Part shown: positions 26,415 through 35,860 of the stretch, piece after piece | Layout of the letters: each line of letters opens with the position of its first letter | Numbering within the stretch: position 1 is the first letter of the stretch | DNA from: Marsupella aquatica | Lineage: Eukaryota; Plantae; Marchantiophyta | Length of the DNA: 64,000 nucleotides | NCBI GenBank assembly: GCA_973895155.1 | Contig: OZ316893.1 | Coordinates: 9,863,660 to 9,927,659 of the forward strand | Reading direction: 5' to 3' | Position numbers and translations under genes: made by a program | Notes under the pieces: model-generated | Seen by the model: only the letters and a program-made list of their open reading frames with translations | Databases searched by the model: none | Told to the model about the DNA's origin: nothing

Positions 26415-27206
26415 CTAAAAAATATCAAAGTCCCAAGCATTCTGTCGCTTCCCTCTAGCTGCTGATTCCAGAAGCCAATCAGGGGAAAGCACCCAAAGAT
26501 TGTTGTTCATGACAAAATCACGCACTGTTGTCTTAAAGAATTTTCTGCATATTTTCATGTATGACAGACCTACAACATGAGTGGAGGTTTCTGTTAGACT
26601 CTCCTCCACTGTCCCACCTAGCTCAACAACTATAGACTTGTATAGTCTGCACTTAGTCTCCCCAATTCCTTCTTCTGCAAATACCACACTGAACCCCTTC
26701 ATAATGGTATTTCTCTCCTTGCCATGCTCATTCAATATAGCATCTGCACGCATAGGATGGTGTCCTATGTTGACAACAGGTCCATATTGGACAGAAGCAA
26801 AGTTGGGTTTCTCTGCCGCTGCTTCATAGGCTTCCTTTTCAGCCAAAGCCTCTGCAGTGGCCTCCTCACTCTCCCACAACTCATATTGCTCAGTACTCTG
26901 TACACACCTATGTTTAACAGAATCGGTCAGCCAAGAGACTTCAACTACTTTTAGACCTTGGTTGGTAATGGCAGAATCAATGAAGGACAATGACCACTTG
27001 TTCATCACATCCAGCCATGTCCCCGCAACAACATGTGTAGTCTGTGGAGTGATGTCCTTGACTTCAGTCCCATGGAACTCTGAGAATCGTTTTTGTACGA
27101 TTGGCCAACTCACTTGGGTGAACCCATAGTGGCCAGGAATCAAAATGGCTTTGATTCCAGCCAACAGAGGCGGGTGGTCAACCTTTGTACGTTTCCTAGA
27201 GGCCAT
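26415..27206 (-). CDS. Tandem BRCT-domain protein, DNA polymerase lambda-like BRCT (CACTA cargo)
   Basis: Two BRCT repeats: G....ITPQTTHVV...VVEVSWLTDSV...YEL and MKGFSVVF...LGGTVEESLTETSTHVV...VLSPDWLLESA...DF. N-terminal basic NLS-like SRKRTK. Intronless and open. Confidence 0.88.
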   Translation of the reverse strand: MASRKRTKVDHPPLLAGIKAILIPGHYGFTQVSWPIVQKRFSEFHGTEVKDITPQTTHVVAGTWLDVMNKWSLSFIDSAITNQGLKVVEVSWLTDSVKHRCVQSTEQYELWESEEATAEALAEKEAYEAAAEKPNFASVQYGPVVNIGHHPMRADAILNEHGKERNTIMKGFSVVFAEEGIGETKCRLYKSIVVELGGTVEESLTETSTHVVGLSYMKICRKFFKTTVRDFVMNNNLWVLSPDWLLESAARGKRQNAWDFDIF

Positions 27207-27882
27207 GTACACACGGGCCACCTAATCACTGCAGACTGGAAGATAATGCGTTCACCTGATAATCGGAGGGCCCTTAAAATGCTGCGTTTATAACTTGGTC
27301 CAGTCCAGTCGTCTGGTGAGTCTCTGCTCCGATTCCAAACGGGAGAAATATTGGGACAAACGTACTAGACACCTGCAAGCATGCACCTCATAGTTTGAAT
27401 ATGTGCCTTCACAATATTGAAGGTGACAAGTGCAATTGTTTTGTGATGCCACATACAGATGTTGTAAATGGGCAGACATTCAATGAGAATACAAAATGTT
27501 GGTACACTTTAAGGGAATTCTCACAAATTAAATAGCCTTGTAACTTATATGCTCATAATGAGAAGTCCTGATTTAATTTAAGCAGTGTCATGTAAGTCGT
27601 GATCAAAATGATTGCAGAGTTAAAAAAGTTCCTAGAAGGCTTAAGGGCAGTTTTTGAAGGCATGTACCCAGGAACAAGTAATGAACTTAGGGTACTTGTT
27701 GCCTAAGCATCCTCTCCTACAGAGGTCCTTCTTCTCAAAATTGGAATGTCTGCAATCTCCAAGGTATCCACATCAGGTGCACTATGCATGTATATTATTC
27801 AGGTTCAAAGCCAAGAAATGTGATCTCTCATGGGAGTGTGCAAAGTAGGATCTATGGCATGGCGATGACAATAGAAGATCCA

Positions 27883-28485
27883 TCAATCAACACCATGTGC
27901 AGAGTGATCATAGATGTGTCTGTCACAAGCATAGCCTTCTGCTTGACGCTCCTTCAAACAATGAAAGTGCCACATGGTGGGACACCTAACATAGTGGACT
28001 ATGTCCACCCAGAAATCTTCATCGTGCTGACCACATGCCTTGCACTTATGAAGTGGGCAAGCTGTGGCAAGATCGGGCAAACATGAAAAACAAAAGAACC
28101 TCACACAATATCTGTCAGGGCATTTCCTAACAAGTGGTGGAGCATCAACAGAGCCCTCATAAGACCCCAACTTCCCACACTGTGCACACTTAGCCTGCTT
28201 CTCCAAACAATCAGTGCACATCCAGCCTCCCTGGTGTGTTGACGGGAGGCCCACCCCTGGACAGTTGTTTTCTGCAGCAAGGTCAGACTCCGGGTTGAGG
28301 TGGAAATGCCTCATGCAAGGGCCCTCACATATGGCTAAGCCACCACCATCGTCACAAATGGCACAACAATGAGCTGCCTTCTGGAAAATCTGACTTGCGG
28401 AGAAGTTACTACCATCTGGCCCAACTACACCTGTGTTGCTCACCTCTGTCCCCCGCTTCTTGGCTCGGATTTTAGGGCGTGCCAT
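27883..28485 (-). CDS. EDM2/NSD-type multi-PHD finger protein (CACTA cargo)
   Basis: CAICDDGG.L..CEG.C.R.FH...C...W.C.DC......C..CGKLGS...C....C..FF...C...CPLHKC..C...RCP..WH..CL follows the EDM2 PHD module. N-terminal NLS-like RPKIRAKKR. No other EDM2 domains. Confidence 0.85.
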   Translation of the reverse strand: MARPKIRAKKRGTEVSNTGVVGPDGSNFSASQIFQKAAHCCAICDDGGGLAICEGPCMRHFHLNPESDLAAENNCPGVGLPSTHQGGWMCTDCLEKQAKCAQCGKLGSYEGSVDAPPLVRKCPDRYCVRFFCFSCLPDLATACPLHKCKACGQHDEDFWVDIVHYVRCPTMWHFHCLKERQAEGYACDRHIYDHSAHGVD

Positions 28486-29154
28486 GCCTACGCATGAGAC
28501 AGATAGTACAATTTAGCAGAGTGCACGGACAATACAATTTAGTGCAGTGTACAAAAAGTACAGTGTAGCATATAGACTAGAGTGGCAATTGCTACTGCAA
28601 TGAAATGTTCACACACATGTGCAGAGTAGACATACTTTTTGGTTTGTTGAGCCCACACTAAAAACTGATCCCCTTGTACAATAGCTCCACCTACACCTCA
28701 ATTTTGTGGCTATGATTCACCAAAGGAGATCTGCAACAAGATTTAATGCATTTGAATCACATATAACAGTCGTGACATGTAAAACAGGCATTTTTTGAAC
28801 AGGATTGGTATCAAGCACTGTGATCAGGGTTGTAATTTATACATCCTACATAGGCTATGATAGTGAATGAGATAAATAAGTTAGGCATAAATCACTTTTT
28901 CCAGGTTATCACATGGCCCATTAATTCCAGTCTTTGAAAGGAGACTTTTAAGTGAGCGTGCTAGCCTCTTAAATTAGGATATTGTACTTAGTGCAGCCAT
29001 AATAGGATAAGTTATGTACTGTTGACCCTAAACCCTGGACCCAAAATTGGTCATAATTCAAAATCTTAAGTAAATATCCTCTCTGTTCAAGTCAAAGTGT
29101 TAAGTTATAGGTCAATGGTCTCTGGTTTGTGCATGCGGTGTGACAAGTGGTCCT

Positions 29155-29604
29155 CTAGAGCGTGTGATCCAAACATGTGTAGACACCAAAGTGACCGGTG
29201 GTGGGGTCTGGGAGGGCAGGACAAGTGACATCGCCAGGCACACTATAGGATGGCGAGTGGTTCCAGATGATACATTGTGCTCTGTGAAAAAACCGACATC
29301 CAAGAGAACGGTCATCCAACTCTAGGCCAGAAGCCCTACAGGCAGGACAGTCATATTGGCAACTGTGCACACACCCTTGGGCCCTAATTTGTGGCGGGTC
29401 ATGTACAAGAGACAGAAATACCAAGGATGTTGGGAAGGGTGGAGAAGCAGGTACAGGCCGGCTGTAGTTGTTCCTGGCAACAACTGGGTACTCAAAGTAC
29501 CATGCAAACTGGGCTGGAAGGATCCCAAGTCTGACATACTCAAGGCGCAACATCTCTGCCTTGCGTGCAAGCCGCACATGTTCAGCGTTGCGGGTCCTCA
29601 CCAT
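29155..29604 (-). CDS. Small hypothetical Cys/His-rich protein (possible CACTA cargo)
   Basis: ATG-initiated, co-oriented with the other cargo ORFs. Basic N-terminus (MVRTR) and a CVHSCQYDCPAC cluster. No family recognised. Confidence 0.35.
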   Translation of the reverse strand: MVRTRNAEHVRLARKAEMLRLEYVRLGILPAQFAWYFEYPVVARNNYSRPVPASPPFPTSLVFLSLVHDPPQIRAQGCVHSCQYDCPACRASGLELDDRSLGCRFFHRAQCIIWNHSPSYSVPGDVTCPALPDPTTGHFGVYTCLDHTL

Positions 29605-31242
29605 AAGTGTTGCTTTTGTGGAGATGTCGTGTGTTCACGTCCTCTGATAAGCACCTTCGATCAGCAAGGTGAGCAGGAGCTGTATTTGCCTCACCAACGG
29701 CAACCAACCTTAAATTATCAGTTCCCACTCACTGTGTCATTCCATTGGTTCCAGCTAGGGGTCACAGTGTAAACATAGCATGAAACACTCCTAATCAACT
29801 TGCTTACAAACTACAATATCCAGAAAGAGTGAAAGTCTCACCCTCCGGTGAGCAGCAGAGAGGTAGTTCACTAGATGTGTTGATGTACAGTTAAACCTCC
29901 ACTATTGCTTACTTCTGGTGTATGCTGCTCAGAAGAAGACATATTAGTAGCAGCAAATTGCAAATAATGGCCATAAGCAAACCGTGAGAGTTTGCAGAAT
30001 GCTACGACAAATCCATCACAGCAGTGCTCCACAGGAATGAAACCAAGCAAAATTTGGTGACCTCGGCCAATGACAAGGCCAATGTAGTGAACAATCCTTG
30101 ACTGATCAGGATATGGATTGGAATTACAATTAGTCAGCTCTTCTTCTTTGTTTTCTAACTCTGGGGGAAATGAGCATGACCAGGGAATTCTCTGAGAAAT
30201 AGAAGTGCACAGGGAAAATGAAATTGGCTCATTCAGCTGCGCAAGACCGACCATTGCAGCATACTTGGACAGTTGTTCCGCAATACACTAGTACGACAGG
30301 AACTCAAGGAAACATTTGTGGCAATGTCTTTGTGGTGCGTCCCATGGCTCCCTAAACCCAAAAAACCCCCCAGCTCAAGCCGATTCCCGCAGGTTTCGTG
30401 CTTGGCGAGGCCGTTTCCGCGGCTTAGCGGCATGGGACGCTGCTAACCTTCTACTACTACTATTAACATTTTACACACATATACTGGACAGATCCTTCAT
30501 CGGGTCATGAGATACGTAGCCGGCCTAATATAGGCCTTCCCCTGTCTTCCCCTGTCTTCTTGTTAGGTATGTTTGGATTCCGCCGCCAGAATGATCCCCA
30601 ATAGGCTTGGTTAAGCCGCTAAGACCTCTCTCAGCTCGACACATCCAACTCTCACTCCCCTGCTTACTTTCCTTCCTTCTGTTGATGTGGGCACTCTTCA
30701 CACAAGTTAATGCGACACACAAATAGCAAAATGACTCATTCTGACTGAGTCATACCATGCACTTGCCATACAAACAGTACATCTCATACACAAGTTCTGC
30801 GAACTAAGCCGTGAGGCCAACTCTATTCAGCTCTTAGGCATGAGGAAACATGAATATACACAAGGGTCACTGTATGACTAACCGAGAGCTTCTCGTACTA
30901 CTTGATCCCAGCCCGGCTGGTGCAAACTAAAAACTTGCTAAAGAAGAGGCCCTGAGCTCCCCGCTGCCCAGGTACTTATCCTGGTAGTGGATCCGCCATT
31001 CTTTGCATCGTAAGCCTAATCTACTTAACAGTAATCTACTTGCCCGAATCTACCTATGTACAGCAAGGCAGGAGCACAAGTGTTGCTCCTACCAGTGGGA
31101 CCGCAATCCCACTAAGCTAAGTGTCAGGGCCGCTCCTGGTTCTGATCCTAATCCTAAACATGGAGATCCGCGCCCGCCCTGCCCACTCACGCCTCCTCCC
31201 TCCACGTCCGCCCTCCCTAAAAGGAACGGCGCCCTTGCACCG

Positions 31243-34200
31243 TCACGACACCGGTGGTGGATCCTCAATGGACGCCCCCAACACTTCCTCCTCAGCCACT
31301 GCCGTTGGCCCGCCTACTGACAGATTACCTGCCCTTGACCGAGTCAACTCTCCATCGGCCTGACTGGGTCCACCTTCGGCTTCAGCCTCGACACCGGCCT
31401 CGGCAATACCCACGGCTTCGGCCTCAGCCACTCCCACGGCTTCGGCCTCCCGTTCCCCTAGGGTAGTTGGATCCTTAGCCGTGACCCTGTCTGGGGTCGG
31501 TGCTGGGTCTACCTCCTTGATCACCACGGCCTGTGAAGTCGTATTACTCCTTGACCCTGGAGGTTTCCGCTTCTTCTTCGTTGGTGGCTCGGCAGCTGGT
31601 CCCTTCCCCTTCCCACTTACTTCCGGCACTGGTGCAGTTGACGCGGCTTGTCCTTCGGCAATTACCACCCCTGGTAACTGGTTTGTCCCAACGGGAGATG
31701 GACCTGCTGCAGCTAAGCATTTAAATACTGCGGCTTGTTTCTTCAGCCGCTCTGTTTGGTTGTCGGCCCGCCGCTGTAGGTTCTCCATCTTCCTCGTGAT
31801 TTTCTCCAACTCCTCTTGGGTTTCATCCAGGTCCTTACGTGCCCCCTCCAGCTCGTTTTTGGCCTCCTCCTGCTCCCTGTGGGCTTCCTCCAATTCCTTC
31901 TTCAAGGTAGCCCTCTCCTCCTGGGTTGCTCTTAGCTCCTTGTCGAGCTCTGCAATGATGACAGACTCCATCTGGTTCATCTTGGCGTAAGTCTGTTCGA
32001 GCATCTCGTCCTTCTCCCTTAGGTCGGCCTTGAAGCTGGCCGTCAGGGACGCAAGCTCCTGCTGCAGCGCCATAATCCCTTGATAGGATTTCCCTAACTC
32101 GACCTCCTTCTGCTCAAGGGCTCCGCGGATTTTCTCGAGCTCCCCTTTCAACGCCCATTCCTTTCTTTGGGTCTCCGCCATGGCCCGGTTGTTGGCTGTT
32201 ATGTGGGCCTCCTCTGTATTCTTCAGCTCTTGCTTCCACTTCTCCCTCTCTTTGATCGTGTCGGCCAACTCTTCCTGCGTCTGAGTCAGTTTATCCTTGA
32301 TATTCTGATTATCAGCCTGCGCGGCGTCCAACTGCCCCTGCATGATGTTCAGCTCATGTCGTTTAATCCGCAGTTCATCTTGGGCTTTCTTGGCCGCCCT
32401 TAGATTTTCAATCTCGGCTTCCATCCTCCTAAGCCGCCGAATGACCTCGTCCTTCTTGCTTCTCTCTAAAGCCACCGCTTCTTCTAATTGGTGCTTCTCC
32501 AACTGCTCCCTATGGAAAAAGGGTCCTACCTCCAACTCCTCTCCAAAGATGCCGAGCGCAAGTTCCCCACACATCTCACCATACTCCATGGCTCTATTCT
32601 TAGCGTAGGTGGAGTAAGTAGAAGTGATCGGCATCGCCCATCGTGGCCTCTGCTCCCAAGCCGTCCTGCGGATCTCTTCAATCGTGGCTAGAGGTTTGCT
32701 TCCTTTTTCGGCTAGCCGCCTGATGTCCTCCGGCCAATCTCCTCCTGGTAAATCCTTTTCCTTAGCCAGGGCGGCCTCTTCCTCCTGCTTGATTCGCTCC
32801 TGAAATTCCTGCACCGTCTGTTTTATGCCGTCGAAGCTCGGGGGAGCAACATCTGGTGGGGGAGACTCAGGGCTACTCTGCTGGTTGGGGTCCCCTCGCA
32901 CTACCCTTGGAAGTGTGGGGACAAACCGGCCACAGGTCCTTACTCCTGGAACGTGATGGTCCGACCCATAGCCGGAATTATCATGGCTGCAGTCCTCCAC
33001 TGCCTCCTCTACCTCTTGGACGTCCGGCTTCTCCCTCTCCTCTTCGTCGGTAGGAGCTTCAGGCAATTCTGCCTCAGATTCGGAGCTTGAGGTTCCCACG
33101 TACATTCGAACACCTGGCTTGGATTCCGGCCTGATTCTCTCCTTGTCTCCAGCAAAGGGGTTTTCTCTTGTGAGCCGGTGTAGGCCTACCTCTGTAGTAG
33201 TGTCCTGCATTGTTGCCGTTGCCGTTGTTGTTGCCGATGCCGATTTCTTTTCTTTCTCCAGTAGTTTCAGCAGACTCTGCATGCCTGGTTGCTGCATCGG
33301 CAAGTCTTCCTTCCTGGGCCTAAACACCTGCTCGATCGTAGGACTAACAGGTGGTTGAGGCTTTTCAGCCAACGGCCTCGGCGTTGGAGCTTCCTCGGGT
33401 GCCCTTACCTGCAGGGGAAGTACCGGGGCAAAAGTCTGACTTCTGGCATACCGGCACAACAGCGGCATGTGATAGCCAAGCCGCGACACGCTCCCCATGC
33501 CGATTACCTGCTGCTCCTCCTTTAAGATCTTCTTCAATTGGTTGAGGAGGTACCCGTTGTAGTCCCGGCTTGGGTCTGGCCTTTCTGCCAGATAGACCTG
33601 TGCCTTGCCGATCTCTGCCCTCGGTAAGTTACAATGCATGGTCACCCGCAAGAAGTCGATCATCTCTCCTATGTGCGGGTTGGTGCAGGTGTTCCGGAAG
33701 AAGCCATTCTTCGTTGATGGCCCGGGGAACGACCGGAACTCCTTGTCAGGCAAGGTCTTCCTGGTATCAACTTTGGTCTTATTGCCCATCGGCAAGCCAA
33801 ACACTTCGGCAATCACCTTGGGAGTAAGATAGAAATCCTTCCCATATATCCTCGTGCAATTGGTCTCGGGTTCCCATGACCCCACGAATTCTAATAGGTC
33901 TGACTCCGGTACCTCCGGCTTCAGCCATGGTAATCTTACAAAGGCCTCCAAGCCGGATCCGGCCATGAAGCCTTGGTACTTCTTGGTCTGCATGGCCGTA
34001 AAGCATGCATCCTCCTCCCGTGCAAAATGTAGTTGCACCTCCACCGGTAGGGTTGCCGCCCAGCCCTTCTAGGTGTCATCCCTGGTTGGAATGGCCTTGA
34101 TGGGATCGACCTCCTCCTCTTCGGCTTCTCCCTGCCTCCTGCTCTGCTGCTCGGCTGGCTTCTTTGGTGCCGCCGACCTCGTTCTTTTTGCCGGGGTGGC

Positions 34201-34842
34201 TTCATCGTTGACGGCTCCCTTCCTCTTCATCTCTGCTGCCGTGGAGGTTTCTCCTAGCACCGTTGCCTGGGTCCACCTTTCCGTGCTACCCTTTAATTCC
34301 CAGTGTATGTCGTTGCAGTTCTTGATGGCCTCTCGGATGCCGACGACGCTGTCTTTGCAAAACAGAAGATCGTCGAGTTGATTGGAAGTAGGCGTCCACA
34401 GGAACTCGTCCTTGATGAGTTCGCCTCCTAAGAAAGCCGTCTTCTGCAGCTCCCACAATCGAGCGAGCTCCTGCCGTTCTCGAGCTGCCCTTTCTGACTC
34501 CTCGTCCTCGTAAGTCTTGATGTACTCAGTTGCCCGTTCGAACAGGCATCCCCAGAAATGTGCCGCTTGATTGACGTTGCTCATACCCTCCTTAGGTCGA
34601 TCGTCGGTATCTACTCTCTCCCCGAGTGCTTGCCTAAGCAGCTGACAGTAGTTGGCCTCCCGTAGTCGTCTGCCTAGTTCGTGCTCGCAAATGAGCCACC
34701 ATCTCCTGCAAGCGCTCCTTACCCCTCTCCTCTGCCGGTCCTTCTTCCCGTTGATCCTTCCTAGCCGCCGACGCTTAACGCGCCCTAACCCTAATCGGGT
34801 TTTCACCCTCAACCTTACCTCCGGCCTCTGCCCGGGTTCCAT
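31243..34842 (-). pseudogene. ~1200-codon TE-type ORF (plant-transposon-protein-like domain plus long coiled coil) with one in-frame stop
   Basis: ORFs 34069-34881 and 31243-34044 are in the same frame, separated by a single TAG and 8 codons. LLEF...IYGKDFYLTPKVIAEVFGLP resembles gypsy accessory ORF domains, and a heptad-rich E/K/Q region follows. Visibly more GC-rich than its flanks. Confidence 0.7.
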
Positions 34843-35619
34843 GGTTGCCCCTAATTGTTTATATTTTCCTTGTTTTGTCACTATACTAAGGTGTTCCTAG
34901 GGTGCCTTCCTGCTTTACCCACTTAACCGGCCGAGTGATTCCTGTCTAGGCATCACAGTCTTCACAGGAAAAGAAGAATCGCTAAGTACAGTATTGTTAA
35001 TAGTAGTTTCGTTCTAATTCTGAAATCTACACATAGGATGGAAACCCAGGACATTTCTCATGAAAATTGAAGATCCATTCAACAACTCCATGATAGCCTA
35101 TTCCGCATTGTGTCCGTCCCATGCAAGCGAGGGGTGTTCAGCCGAGCTTAGTCTAACCACGAATGATTGTTCTGGAAGCAATTGCGACAATGTTTTGGTA
35201 ATTTTCTCCTACCCAACTCAATAGCTCACAAACATGGCATTGGACCCATTAACAAATTATACTTGCCATCATTCTCAACTGTATTACATGGCCCACACTA
35301 CTGATGTCCCTGACTCTTAAGGGAAACTCATCTCCTGGGCCAGCAACATCTCAGATTCTACAAAAATGAGAAACTATGAAGACTTATTGAAGTCATATCC
35401 TGTGATTGTAGCATGTATGATTCACTGGGACTGCAAGCAGTTCTAGATCCTGCTGCACTTTATATACAGCAGCAACCTGAGCTCCATGAACTTGTTTTTA
35501 ATAGACGTGCGTTTGACCACGGCTACAACTCCAAAACAATCAGTCATCCAATCAAATCATAACGAAACCCACCCGCAAGCTGAATGTAGAGGATAGAGAC
35601 AGAGAAAATCACCGGGGCA

Positions 35620-35860
35620 GTGAAGTCGGATCACAGGGTGCGAAACTAGTACTCAACAGGGTAAGACCGATCACAGCATACAAAGCACGGAGCTAGACCA
35701 CCAAAACTCCAGCAAGACAGTGTCGTGTCCATTTATTTGTAGGGAATGAAGTCGGATCACAGAGTGTAAAACTAGTACTCAGTAGGGTAAGACAGATCAC
35801 AACAAACGAAGCTAACACAACAAAGCACATAGAGGAGCAAAACTCCAGCAAGACATAAAT
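35620..35860. repeat. ~126-bp direct duplication inside the CACTA
   Basis: TGAAGTCGGATCACAG...AAACTAGTACTCA..AGGGTAAGAC.GATCACA at ~35621 and ~35747. Confidence 0.8.

Noticed and set aside
30286-30300. Internal CACTAGTA suggesting a nested CACTA end
   Set aside because: The match is only 8 bp, with no partner TIR or subterminal repeats found.
31243-34044. SMC-, myosin- or kinesin-like host gene
   Set aside because: Only a generic coiled coil with no ATPase or motor motifs. It is intronless and lies inside a transposon.
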